This document shows, in pieces, positions 49,413-64,000 of a stretch of DNA of 64,000 bases. The notes under the pieces are model-generated. The model did not search any database, was not told where the DNA came from, and saw only the letters and a list, made by a program, of their open reading frames with translations. Source of the stretch: the human T2T-CHM13v2.0 reference genome, Homo sapiens. Each line of letters begins with the position of its first letter. Positions within the stretch are counted from its first letter, which is position 1. Made by a program: the position numbers and the translations under genes. The DNA is taken from NCBI RefSeq assembly GCF_009914755.1, contig NC_060937.1; one strand, given 5' to 3'.

Positions 49413-52177
49413 AATATTTTTTTTTTGAAATTTGACAAGATGTGTCTTTGAAAACTGCTCTACATCAAATCAGGTAGAATTGAGTGAAAAAAAATGACAA
49501 ATCATCTAGGTTTTTAAAACATAGCCTGCTTTTAGAATTTAGGGTTAAATATTTGTATTTTTTGTGATGTCCTACTATGTTTAGAATTGTGTCATCTGAG
49601 ATTTGACTAGATGTGTCTTGGAAAACTGCTCTTTGTTAATACATGTTGAATTCAATGAAAGAAAACAGCACATCATATATTATTTGTGTGCCATATATTG
49701 CTTCTAGCAATTAGGGTTGTATAATGCATACCTTCCAAAAAAGCACTAACTGGCCTACACAATGTTTTTTTCTGACCTTGTACAAAATGTGTTTCTGAAA
49801 AGTGATCAATATCAAAACATGTTTCCTTCAGTGAAAGAAAACAGCACATCATCTAGGTTTTGGGGACAAACCTTGTGTTTAACTGTCAGGGTAGATACTT
49901 GCATTTTCTGTGGAAGTCTACTTTGCTAAGAATTGTGTTTTCCAAGATTTGACAAGATATGTCTCTGAAACCTGGTCTTAGTTAATACATGTTGAATTTA
50001 GTGAACGAAAACAGTACATGATACATAATTTGTATGCCATATCTTGCTTTTAGCATTTAGGGCCGTATATGCATATCTTCCTGGATGCACTAACTTGGCT
50101 TTGAAGAGTTATTTTCTGAGCTTGTACAAAACGTGTTTTTCAAAAGTGATCAATGTCAAAACATGTTGAATTCAGTTACAGAAAACAGCACATCATCTAG
50201 GTTATTGACACAAAGCTAGCATTTACCATTTAGGGCTAGATATTTACATTTTCTCTGTGGGCTTACTATGCTCAGAATTATGTTTTCTGAAATTTGACAA
50301 GATGTGTCATTAAAAACTGCTGATAGTTAATACATGTTGAATTCAGTGAAAGGAAGCAGCATATCATGCATTATTTGCATGTCATATTTTGCTCTTAGCA
50401 TTTAGAGATGTATATGCATTTCTTACTGGATGTGCTAATTAGGCTTCAAAATGTTATTTTCTGAGGTTGTACAAAATATGTGTTTAAAAAGTGATCAATG
50501 TCAAAACATGTTGAATTCAGTTAAAGAAAACAGCACATAGCTTTATGGCACTAAGCTTATGTTTATCTTTGACAGCTAGATATTGACATTTTCTGTGTAA
50601 GCCTACTGCGCTCAGAATTGTGTTTTCTGAGATTTGACAATATGTGTCTTTGGAAACTGTTCTTAGTTAATACGTGTTGAATTCAGTGAAAGAAACCAGC
50701 ACATCATACATTATTTGTGTGCCATATCTTTCTTTTAGCATTTAGGGCTTTTATGCCTATCTTCCAGAAAGCACTAACTGGGCACAGAAATATTTTTTTC
50801 TGAGCTTGTACAAAGTGTGTTTTTGAAAAGTGATCAATGTCAAAACATGTCAAATTAAATGAACAAAAACAGCACATCATCTAGGTTTTTGGAACAAAGC
50901 TTGTGTTTACCTTTTAGAGCTAGATATTCACATTTTTTCTGTGGGCCTACTAAGTTCAAAATTGGGTTTTATGAGATTTGACAAGATATGTCTTTAAAAC
51001 TGCTCCTAGTTAATACACGTTGAGTTCAGTAAAAGAAAACTGCACATCATACATTATTTCTGTTGCTATCTTGCTTTTAGCATTTAGTGCTGTATATGCG
51101 TATCTTCCTGGAGATGCTAAGTGGGCTCTGAAATGCTTTGTTCTGACCTTGTATGAATGGGTTTTTGAAAAGTGATCAATGTCAACACATGTTGAATTTA
51201 ATGAAAGAGAACAGCAAATAACCTAGGTTTTTGGAACACAGCTTGCATTTACATTTTAGAGCTAGATACTCGCATTTTTTGTGTGAGGCTATTATGCTCT
51301 GAATTGTGTTTTTTGAGTTTTGACAAGATGTGTCTTTGAAAACTGCTATTAGTTAATACATGATGAATTCAGTGAAAAAACAACAGCAGATCATACATTG
51401 TTTTTGTGCCATGTCTTACTTTCAGCATTTAGGGCTGTATATGCCTATTTTCCTGGAAGTGCTAACTGGGCTCCAAGATGTTTCTTTCTGATCTTGTACA
51501 AACGTGCTTTTGAAAAGTGGTCAATGTCAAAACATGTTGAATTCAGTGAAATAAAACAGCACATTGTCTAAATTTTTGGCACGAAGCTTGAATTTACATT
51601 TCAGGGCTAGATATTCCCGTTTTCTGTGTGGTCCTACTTTGCTCAGAATTGTGTTTCTTGAGATTTGTCAAGATGTGTCCCTGAAAAGTGACCTTAGTTA
51701 ATGTATGTTGAATTCAGTGAAATAAACAGCACATCGTATATTATTTGTGTGCCATGTCTTGCTTTTAGCATTTAGGGCTGTATACGCATATATTTCTGGA
51801 AGCGCTAACTAGGCTTTGAAATATTTTTTTCTGAGCTTTTACAAAACGTGTGTTTGAAAAGTGATCATTGTCAAAACATGTTTATTTTATTGAAAGAAAA
51901 TAGCACATAATATAGATTTTTGGCACAAAGCTTGCGTTTAACTTTCAGGGTAGATAATCGCTTTTTCTGTGTGGGCCTACTGTGCTCAGAATTGTGTTTT
52001 TTGAGATTTGACGAGATGTGTCTTGGGAACTTCTCTTAGTTAATACATGTTGAATTCAGTGAAAGAAAACAGCATATCATACATTATTTGTGTGCCATAT
52101 CTTGCTTTTAGCATTTAGGGCTATATATGCATATTTTCCTGGAAGCACTAACTTGGTTCTGAAAAGTTTTTTTCTGA

Positions 52178-53235
<1,058 letters not shown>

Positions 53236-54149
53236 TATGTCCAGGTTAATCCCGTCATCACTGGGGGACTTGTGTAGGGGATTTTGGCTCTGGAAAGGAT
53301 GGATTAGAGATCTGTGTTCTCCAGACTGAAGTGTGCAGATTATTGCCAAGAAAAACCTCTGAGAAGCACAAGCTCAGGCCTTGGGGACTTCACGCATGTC
53401 GGTTGCCTGCTGAATAGGAGGCTCCTGTGTCCACCCTCACAGCTTGGTCCTCACTTATATGAGCCCAACTGGGAATGCTCTCTGTGATTCAGGTCCACTT
53501 ACTTCTAGAATGCTCAGGTAGGAAGTAAACATTAGAAGCAGATGAAGTATGTTACCCCAGGAGCATAGTAGATTAGCCATTGACTTGTTTTCCCCCTGTT
53601 GGATCTTAATCTTCCATGCAAATTAATCACCAAGGGCTCAAAAACAGCCCTTGGATTAACATGCTCTGTTCACAGTCCTGGCATGTTGGGACCCAAGCCC
53701 AGTCCCTCATGGGGAGGGACTTCACTTTCTTTTGCTCCTCCCCAGTAGCCCTCCTATTGGTTTGGATACAGCTACCCTGGGTTTGGCTCCTGCCTTTTCC
53801 TTCACAGTTGCTACCCAGGAACAGGGAAAAAAGGGGTCTGCTATTGATGATGTTGGTAACCCCCACTGGGTGAACCTCACTGGGTGAACAGGTCAGCCAC
53901 ACACGCTACAAAAAAGAAGGGCATCTGCCTCAACAGTAGAGTGAAGAAAGGCAGAAGTCTGCTCCTTATGAGCTAGCCTCCAGGGCATACAAAGACATTC
54001 TTACACATTCATTCCTTTTTGTATTCACTTTTTGAACATTTATTGGGCATCTGTAGTATGCTGGGACATTCATTGGTTCTGAAGACATGGAGATAAACAT
54101 TGGGGTACTCTGATCCATAAAACAAATACTTCTAAACCTGCAAAAAACT

Positions 54150-57100
54150 TAGCCACACACTAATAGTGGGGAACTTCAACATCCTACTGACAGCTTTAAA
54201 TGGATGATTGTGGTGAAAACTAACAAAGAAATTCTGGACTTAAACTTGACACTTGACGAATTTGACCTAATAGTCTTATTGTTTTATCCAAATTACCACT
54301 GTGTCCCTTTTAAGTAGGGCATTTAGACCAATTACATTGAAGGTTAATATTGATATGTGGGATGTTTATCCTGTCATTGTTTTGTAGACTCAATTGTGCA
54401 GTTGCTTGATAGAGTCATTGGACGATGTACTTAAGTGTGTTTTTATGTTAGTAGTACTCTATCTAACAAACACAGAATATACATTCTTCTCATCTGCATA
54501 TAGAACATATTATAAGATTGACCACATGCTTGTCCATAAAGCAACTCTTAATAAATTTAAAAAATAGAAATTAGACTATACTCTCAGACCACAGGGCAAT
54601 AAATTCAACACCAAGAATATCTCTCAAAACCACACAATTATATGAAAATTAAACAACTTGCTCCTGAATGACTTTTGGGTAAACAATAAAATTAGAGCAG
54701 AAATAAAAAATTCTTTCAAATTAATGAAAACAGGACAGAACATGCCAAAATATCTGGGATACAGCAAAAGCAGTATCAAGAGGAAAGTTTATAGTGCTAA
54801 ATGCCTACACCAAGGGGATAGAAAAAAATCACAAATTAATAGACTAACATTGCACCAAAGGAACTAGATAGACAAGAACAAATTAACCCCAAAGCTAGTA
54901 GAAGAAAATAAATAAAATCAGAGCACAACTGAATGAAATTGAGATGCAAAAATTTGTACAAAAGATCAACAAAACCCAAAGTTTGTTCACAGAAAATACA
55001 AACAGAATTGATAGTCTGCTAGCTATATTAACAAAGTAACAAAAGGGAAAACCAAAAGAAGCACAATCAGAAATGACAAAGATGACATTACTACTGATTC
55101 CACAGAAATATAAAGATCTTCAGACTATTATTAACACCTTTATGCACACAAACTAGGAATTCTAGAGGAAACTGATAAATTCCTGGAAACACAAACCTCC
55201 CAAGAATGAATCAGGAAGAAACTGAAACCTGAACTGACCAATCTTGAGTTGCAAAATTGAAGCAGGAATAAAAACCAACTAAGCAAAAAAAGTCCAGGAT
55301 TAGATAGATTTACAGCTGAATTCTACCAGATGTACAAAGAACAGCTGATACCAATTCTACTGATACTATTCCAAAAAATAGAGAAACTCCTCCTTAACTC
55401 ATCTATGAAGTCAGCATCATCCTGATATCAAAACCTAGCAAAGACACAACAAAAAAAGAAAACTACAGGCCAATATCCCTGATGAACTTATACACAAAGA
55501 TTCTCAACAAAATATTAATACTAGTGAACTTAATCTAGCAGCACATCCAAAAGTTAATTCACCATAAAAATGTAGGTTTGATTCCTGGAATCAAGTTTGT
55601 TTCAACATATGCAAATCAATAAATGTGATTTACCACATAAACATTAAAAACAACACCTATAGGATCATCTCAATGGATGTAGAAAAAGCTTTTGATAAAA
55701 TTCAACATCCCTTCATGTTAAAAACCCTCAACAAAGTAGGCATCAAAGAAACATACCTCAAAATAATAAGGGCCATCTGTGACAAACCCACAGCCAACAT
55801 TATATGGAATGGGCAAAAGCTGGAAGCAGTCCCCTTGAGAACTACAACAAAATAGGATTCCTGTTCTCACCATTCCCATTCAGTGTCATACTAGAAGTCC
55901 TAGCCAGGGCAATCAGGCAAGAGAAAGAAATATAAGGCATCCAAGTAGAAAAAGAAGAAGTCAAACTATTTCTCTTTATTGATGATATAATTCTATACCT
56001 AAAACCCTAAAGACCTCACCAAAAGGCTTCTAGAAGTGATACACAACTTCATTAAATTTCACAATAGAAAATCAATGAAAATCAAAAATGAAAATCAGTA
56101 GCATTTCTATACATCAGTAATGTATGACCTGAGAGCCCAATCAGGAACACAATCTCCTTTACAATAGCCACAAAAGAAGTAATGTCTAGGAATACATCTA
56201 ACCAAGGAGGTGAAAGATCTCTATAAGGAGAACTACAAAACACTGCTGAAAGAAATCATAGATGACAAACAAATAAAAAATTCCATGCCCATGGATTGGA
56301 AGAATTAAAATTGTTAAAATGGCCATACTGCCAAAGCAACTTACAAATTCTGTTCTATCAAACTACCAATGCTATTTTTCACAGAATTAGAAAAGACTTT
56401 TCTAAAATTCATATGGAACCAAAAAAGAGCCCAAAGATCCAAAACAAACGTAAGTAAAAGGAGCCAAACTAGAGGCCTTTCATTACCCAACTTCAAACTA
56501 TACTGTAAGGCTACAGTAACCAAAATAACATGCTACTGTTACAAAAACAGACACATAGACCAATGGAACAGAACAGAGAACCCAGGAATAAAGCCCCACA
56601 CTTTCGATCATCTAATCTTCAACAAAGTGGACAAAAACAAGCAATAGGGGAAGGACATCCTATTCAATAAATGGTGCTGGGATAGCTGGCTAGCCATACA
56701 CAGAAGAAAGAAACTGGACCCTACCTTTTACCATTTGTACAACAATTAACTGAAGATGAATTAAAGGTTTAAATGTGAGACCTCAAACTAACAGAATGCT
56801 AGAAGAAAACTTAGGAAACACTATTCTGGACATCAGCCTTGGGAAAGCTAAGGTTAAGTCCTCAAAAGGAATTGCAATAAAAATAAAAATTGATAAGTAG
56901 ATCTAATTAAACTAAAGAGCTTCTGCATAGCAATAGAAACTTTCAGCAGAGTAAATGTACAGAATGGGAAAAATATTCACAAACTATGCATCCAACAAAG
57001 GTCACATATCCAGAATCTGTAAAGAATTTAAGTAACTGAACAAGCAAAAAACAAATAACCTCATTCAAAAATAGTCAGAATACATGAACAGATACTTCTG

Positions 57101-57925
57101 AAAATAATACATACAAGTGGCATAGAAACATATGAAAAAATGCTCATCGTCACTGATCATCAGAGAAATGTAAATTAGAAGCACAATGAGATACAATCTC
57201 ACACCAGTCAGAATCACTATTACAAAAAAGTAAAAACATAACAGATGTTGGTGAGGTTGTGGAGAAAAAGGAACAACTTATACGCTGTTGGTGGGAATGT
57301 AAATTAGTTTAACTACTCAACTACTGTGGATATCAGTTTGCAGATTTCTCAAAGAACTGAGAACTACCAGTCAATCTGGCAACCCCATTACTAAGTATAT
57401 ATCCAAAAGAAAACCAATTATTCTACCAAAAAGTCATACATGCACTCACATGTTCATCACAATACTACTCACAATAGCAATGACATGGAATCAACCTAGG
57501 TGCCCATCAACAGCGAATTGGATAAAGAAAATGTGGTACGTATACTTCATGGAATACTACACAGCCATAAAAAGAACAAAATTATGTTCTTTGCAGCAAC
57601 ATGGATGCAGCTGGAGGCCATTATCCTAAGCAAATTCACACAGGAACAGAAAACCAAATACCGCATATTCTCACTTGTACGTGGGAGCTAAACATCAGGT
57701 ATTCATGGTCACAAAGATGGAAACAAAAGACATTGTGGGCTACTAGTGGGGAAAGGGAGGGTGGTGGTGAGGGTTGAAATTCTAACTGTTGGGTAGTATG
57801 GTTGGTATTTGGGTGGTGGGTGTATTCATACCACAAACCTTAGCATCATGTCATTTACCCAAGTAAAAACTTGCACATGTACCCTCTGAATCTAAAATAA
57901 AAGTTGAAAAATAAAGAGCAAATAA
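54150..57925 (+). mobile_element. L1PB-type element, 5'-truncated, decayed ORF2 (EN to RT to C-terminus) and 3'UTR
   Basis: Translations [43 protein letters not shown]; L1PB-like 3' end. Confidence 0.92.
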
Positions 57926-57954
57926 AACTGGGCCAGGGCAGCAATTCAAAGCAT

Positions 57955-57998
<44 letters not shown>
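57955..57998. repeat. (GATA)n tetranucleotide STR
   Basis: About 11 perfect GATA units. Confidence 0.97.
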
Positions 57999-57999
<1 letters not shown>

Positions 58000-58029
58000 A
58001 TAGATTAAAATAAATCTAAACTACAAACT

Positions 58030-58435
58030 TGTCTTTTCACTATCTTGATAATGTTCTTTTATGGATTCTAGTTTTTAATTTTGATGAAGTCCAATTTATG
58101 TATTTTTCCTCTTGTTTCTCATGCTTTCAGTGCTATATCTAGGACTCCATTGTCAAATCAAAGGTCATGGAGATTTATTTCTATGTTTTCTTTTAAGAGT
58201 TTTAACATTTATGTTAAGGTTTTTAATTCATTTTGAGTTAATTGTTGTATATACTGTCATGTAAGAACATCACCTCACTCCTTTGCATGTGGCTATCATT
58301 ATCCCAGCACCATTTGTTAAAAAGAGCGTTTTTTCTCCATTGAATTTTCCTGGCAATGCTGTGAAAAGTCAATTACCCATAGATGCTTAAATTAATTTCT
58401 GGACTCTCCATTCTCTTCCGTTAGTCTATGTGTAA
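58030..58435 (-). mobile_element. Old L1M ORF2 fragment
   Basis: ttgatgaagtccaattta, cccagcaccatttgtt motifs. Confidence 0.7.
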
Positions 58436-59128
58436 AGTTACAGATCTACCCTTGACCCGGAATGCCTATCAGAAGCTGATCAAGTGCACACGTTCTGTTC
58501 TTATGATAATTACAACTGGGACTGGACTCTATAATATTTGACTGTATAGTGTCTTCCAAAATTCTTTCTTATAATGTTTCACCTTGTTAATAAACTCCTG
58601 AGCCTAAGAATGGAAAGAAACATGTTTTATACTCACAGTTTCTTAATTTCGAAAACTATCCTGCATGGACTGATCACTCAATTTAGGAAGCTGGCGTAAG
58701 GAGCATTTATTAGCATTCTGAACAGGGACCTCTGATCTAAGACTCTAAGTACTACAGTCATTTAGTAGTGAAATTCCATTCTGTGATTGGTTCTTAGAGA
58801 ACTAGTTTTACAAAAGCCCAAAGATACAAGAAAGTTCACAGAAAACTGTTTGTAATACTTAGAAATTGGAACCAATAAAAAAAGGTAATCAGTTGGGGAT
58901 AGATCATTATAAAGCCTCCATATGAATGAATTATTCATGATTATTTAAAATTGAAATATGTCTGCAGTTACAGAATAAGTTGCATAGTATGATCCAATAT
59001 GTATATAAACAACATCATATATGTATGTGTGTGTGTATATATATATGTATATGGGTGTATGTGTATATATTTCACCTTGTAATATTTTACCTTGTTAATA
59101 AAACCCTGGACCAAAAAATGTAAGTTAA

Positions 59129-59159
<31 letters not shown>

Positions 59160-60548
59160 CTCATAACCAAATTTCTGCAGGAATAAAGGGAACGTTTCTA
59201 TATGATGACTTTGCCTTTTTAAAAAAAAAACAGAAAGCACATATATTTAAATTGTTTAAGGGGAGGTCCATGCTCTTGACCTTTAAACTAAATTGCCTTA
59301 AAACCTCCCGAAGAATTTTCTGTGTTGTCTGAGAACAGAGCTACAAAGAGCCATAACACTTTCCAAAGTTAGAGACAAAATATTCCTTTTAAGCTTGAGG
59401 GGCAAGCCCCTGGGCTCCTAAGCAGGCTGCCTGTGACCCTGGATATGAATTTCAGGCCAGCTCCTTCTGCCTTTTGGGGTCTGGTCAGCCTACCTGGATT
59501 TTATGTTCTTCAGAAAATCTTTGACCTTTTCCAGGGAAAACTTCACTATATCACTATTTGCAGGTAAAACTTTGCTTATATTTTAGAACCTCTAGAAAGA
59601 ATGCAACTCTGTATATACTTTGATGTTATTTTATTAAAGTCAATTTCAGAATTCTGACCTCCAGAACTCCAAGAGAATCCACATTTCCTCATGGATTTGC
59701 TACTCAGTTTGTCCAAGAACTTATTGAGGTGCACCTCCTGGACCTGGCAGTCACTCCCAAAACAAGAGGAAGCAGCCATGAACCACCAGAGCTCAGAGAA
59801 CTTGAGTGACATACACAGATTCTCCTACTGGAACTGAGGTCCAGATGCCCAGGCAGGCCCAGAACTCATTTTTCTACAGATGAGGGCATCAAATCTGCAG
59901 TGCGCTCACGCTGTCTGCTCCAGACCTTCAGGCTCTTCTGTCTGGAATGTTCCTCCCTGCTCACTTTGCACACCCAGGACCCAGCTCAGATGGGACTCCT
60001 CAGGGACACCTACCCACCTGGCCAGTCACACCTTCCTGTGGCACCCGCTCCTTGCTGTCTCCTCACCAATCATACTCAAAGCAGATGCTATGGATTGTGT
60101 TTATTTACCAGCTACAGGAGCATTAACATTTTATAATTAATATTTAATCAAGTTTAGTAAGCTGTATTTTTGAGGATATATGCAGATAGTTTAAAATTTC
60201 AAATAAAGTGTTACAAAGTTGCTTACTGGCATAAGCTCCAGCAATTTAATATGTTCATCCTTTTATTTCTAATATTGTCTATTTTCCTGATAAATCTTGA
60301 CAGATGATTAACCATTTTTATTAGTGTACTTAAAGAAATGTTGATCTTTATTGAACTTTGCTGGATTTCTGTTACAATTTTTTTATCCATGATTTTTTAC
60401 TAGAAATTCATATCTACTAAAGTGTTTGGATTTATTCTGAAGACTTTTTCTAATATTTCTCAGATTAGAAACTCAATTCACTAATTTACAGTCTTTCTTA
60501 CCTTCTAATATATCATTTATAAGTCTAATATTTCCTTAAATACTGCTT

Positions 60549-60925
60549 GTGGTAGGCAGAATAACAGCATCCAAAATATGTCCATATAGTAATAGATACT
60601 GATGCAATGTAATCACAATGGGCTAAAAGTGGAAGACAGAAGCAGAGATTCAGAGAGATTTGAAGATGCAATATTGCTGGCTTTGAAGATGAAGGAGAGG
60701 ACACAAGCCAAGGAATGCCGGTGGCCTCTAGAAACTGGAGCAGTCAAGGAAAAGAATGATCTTTTAGAACATCTACAAAGAATGCCACTCTGTAGATACC
60801 TTGATTTTATTTTATTAAAGCCAATTTCAGAATTCTGATCTCCAAAACTCTAAGATACTATATTTGTGTTGTTTAAGTCACTGGTTATGGTCCTTTATTA
60901 CAGCACCGATAGGAAACTAATGCAC
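60549..60925 (+). mobile_element. MLT1C/D LTR
   Basis: tgtggtaggcagaataa start, ctggctttgaagatg, ggaaactaatgca end. Confidence 0.75.
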
Positions 60926-62638
60926 TGCATTTGTTGTATCCACAAATTTATAGTTTTACCAAGTATAACCTTTAAATATTTTAGAATATTCATTTTAATG
61001 TCTTCTTTCATCATCGGTTTTTAGAAGTTTATTTTTTCTGTGTGATTTTATGTCCAAATGAAGGCTATTTTTGTGACAATTAGATTAAGGTTAAATAATG
61101 TGGTCTGTGTGATGACAATCCTATGACACATGCAGCTTAGGATTTCATCATTTATTCTAGATTTAATGCATGGTCTACTGGACATATATAAAATATTAGA
61201 CTTTAAAATAGGAAGGTTGAAATATTACATAAACTAAAAGGGCATCAAGTTTTTATTTTTTGCTACTTATATTTTACATACCTTTGTTGATCTTTTTTTC
61301 AAAATGTCTTTGCTCAAACAATTACTGAGAGAGTGTTAGACTCTTTTCATACAATTGAATTGTGCCTTTTGTAAAAAGAATTCTTCTGAGTTTTCTTGTA
61401 ATGTACAACATGTAAAATACATATAGCCTCTTTCACCTGAAAAGCAGTGTAGTATGGAAGGGCATAGGGACAAAAACACACAAACAAAAACTTTCACCGA
61501 TATCATTGGAACCACAGCAAAAACAAATACAAAGCACCTACCGTATGCAGGAAACCTGCTGGGCCCTGGGGTACCTGCTCCGGCTAATTTCCATGACAAC
61601 CCGAAAGACCAGGACACAGATGAGGAGACTGAAGGTCAAAGAGGTGAGATCCTGTGGCAGGTGGCAGAACTAGGGCTGAACAAGGTTTGCTTGCTCCAAA
61701 GCCCAGGTTGTGGGGTGGAGAGCAAGGGCCACGGAAGGCCTGTGCCCTCCTCAGAGAAGAGTCCCGCTGCTACCTGCCCTCTGCAGCCCACCTGGGTTGG
61801 CATCGTAGAAGCAGCCTCTCCCCAGCCGCAGCAAGGCCAGCAGGGCCAGCACGGGGCCATCTGAGTCCTCAGGAGAGGGCTACCAGCAGGGACTTGTGGG
61901 CCTCATACAGGTGGCCACCAGGGTGTTGGCCACCAGAAGGTGCGATACGTCCTCCACATCCAACTCATTGGCAGTGTGGCCAGCTGGTGCATGCCGTGGG
62001 GCTTCCCTGTGGGGAGAGTGCCTCAGGATGGGCTGGCCCCTTCCCCACACCGCCTCACCTACCCAGCTGATTGGGCCACAGGTAAATCCTGTCCCTATGC
62101 ACCTGGCCTGGGTAGCTTCCTTCCCACAGGACTGCAGAGACCTGTGTCCCTTTGGAGGGACCCCCACGCCATGCCATCCCCAGAACCCACAGCTGCACTT
62201 CCCGGTGTGCAGCCATCGACCCTACCTTCCCCTCAATCTCTCCGTCGCCCTGTGGGGGAGGCACTTTACAGATGACAGATTTGAGGTTACATAGATGGTC
62301 AGCAGCAGGGCTGACCCTGAGCAGATCCTGCATCAGTTTCCTTTTCCACAAAAATTTGGATTAGCAATATGGCCTTGCTGGTCTCTGGACCCATGGGTGT
62401 GTCTGTAGGCAGAACAAGGTAACACAGGGGCTACAAGTGGCATGTGTCTGTGTCCACGTGGGAATGTTGGGAATGCTCATGAATTCTCACTGGGAAAAGG
62501 AGACAGAGCCTCAATTTTAACAATTTCCAGATACAAATATAATGGCCTCAAATCACATAAAAGAAAGAAGAAAGTTCTTCCTCACCAGCAAACCAAAGCC
62601 ATACAAATTAAGCACCTGGGAGGCAGAGGAAGAATGTG

Positions 62639-62642
<4 letters not shown>

Positions 62643-62703
<61 letters not shown>
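62643..62703. repeat. (TG)n microsatellite of about 30 units; a shorter (TG)n lies at 59134-59159
   Basis: Directly visible. Confidence 0.97.
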
Positions 62704-62706
<3 letters not shown>

Positions 62707-64000
62707 GTGGGGTGGGGGCTGACATCAATGATGACCCCAAGACATCCCCAGTCTCAGTGGTTTTAACATTGCTAAAACTCCTTCCTGTCATCTTCCAGCA
62801 GTCAGAGGACTTACTCATCGAAACAGCTGAGGTTGGCAAAAGAATTTGCACCCATTAGGTTGGCAAAGAATTTGCAAAGTGAGCATCAGGGCTGGGTGGA
62901 GGATGAGAGGTGACCAGATGGTTAGGGGGACAGCTCCTAAAGTCAAGGATCCTACAGGTGGCAGTGCTCCCTGATCCAGGAGCTCTATATCTGTCTCCAT
63001 CTTAAGGAGAAAACATCGTGGAGACAGGATGTCACTCATGATGTGTTACAACCAAGAGCAAAAATCTAGGACTCTCCAAAGGAATAACAGCATGTGCACA
63101 GGACGGGCCATGGAGCTGCCAGGAAATATAATTAGCAACAAAAGGGATTTTCATGATCTGTTGAGTATAAAAGGATATAAATGGCATCCACAGCACAAAC
63201 TCAATTTTCTGAGATATATTTTATATGCACACACAAAAAGACCAGAAGGAAATGTGAGCAGTGGGAGAATGGGTAAGTTTCATTGTTCCTTTCCATTTCT
63301 GAGTTTCTAATTTTCTGTGGAGAAAAAGCCCATGATACATCATGGTATTTGAGAGGGAGGATCCTAAAATCTAAGCCCTGGAGCTAAATCTGCCGTCGAT
63401 GCTGGGGGAAATCACTCCACCACTCTGCCTCAGTTTGCTCACCCATAAAATAGAAAGAAACACATCTTTCCCTACCTCAAAGGAGACCAGAATGCAACAG
63501 CAGCCCCCATGCATGCCCTCTGGCTGGTTTATGCTCTTCCTGCGCAGTAGGGCTGTCTATGTCCACAGCCTTATGCCCTGTGCCCTCTAAAACCCTGAGT
63601 CAGGTCTGAGCTGGAGCATCCTGCAGCCCTCCTCCTGCAGCAGCCCCAGCTGGTTTCCAGGCACATAGGCCTTGGGGCCTGCACTTCCTCCTCCGGCAAC
63701 AGCCTCCATGCAGTGACACAGTCCAGTGTGCCCAGAACACAGTCCGGCCAGCACCTGCAGCAGCCCGAAGCTGCACAGTTACACACAGCTGTCTGGGTGT
63801 GGCGCCCCCTGTTCCACCACCTCTTGGAAGTCTTCCTGGATGCACCAGGAATTTCCTGCTGGCCAGCAACGTCCTCGGCCTTTGGGTGCACCTAGATGAA
63901 GTCCTGGAGGGTGCTGGCCACATCAGGAGGTAGGGGCATGGCAGCTGAATGCAGCCAGGTTGAAGGCAATGGGAGGCTGGAAGTGCTCAGGACAAGGTGC

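Noticed and set aside
54150-57925. Active L1 reverse transcriptase
   Set aside because: 5'-truncated, with many stops and frameshifts; old subfamily
61336-62364. Dense overlapping ORFs on both strands
   Set aside because: GC-rich unique sequence with no recognisable protein or consistent splice structure

Overview
This is primate genomic DNA, almost certainly human: it carries AluYb8 and AluYa5 insertions, and the spliced protein matches human PARP4 as I recall it, placing it at 13q12. Positions 1-36.3 kb hold the 5' half of PARP4 (vault PARP/ARTD4) on the minus strand: non-coding exon 1 in a CpG island and coding exons 2-14. I joined these by hand through GT-AG junctions into an uninterrupted frame of 596 codons + 1 nt (BRCT, WGR-like/helical region, ART domain with H438-Y477-E547). 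The gene continues beyond position 1. The introns are full of Alu, LTR12/LTR18/MLT1, Tigger1, MER63, L1 and L2. About 6 kb upstream of the TSS lies an unusual ~10 kb block of highly diverged, mostly dimeric (~171/~343 bp) alpha-satellite-like DNA with internal inversions, followed by LTR8, a 3.8 kb L1PB-type fragment and unique GC-richer sequence. I see no new protein-coding system. The best leads are the ectopic fossil alphoid array, a sense LTR12C in intron 1 that could be an alternative PARP4 promoter, and several splicing and regulatory features. Repeat family names come from memory of consensus sequences, not from a search, and repeat boundaries are approximate.
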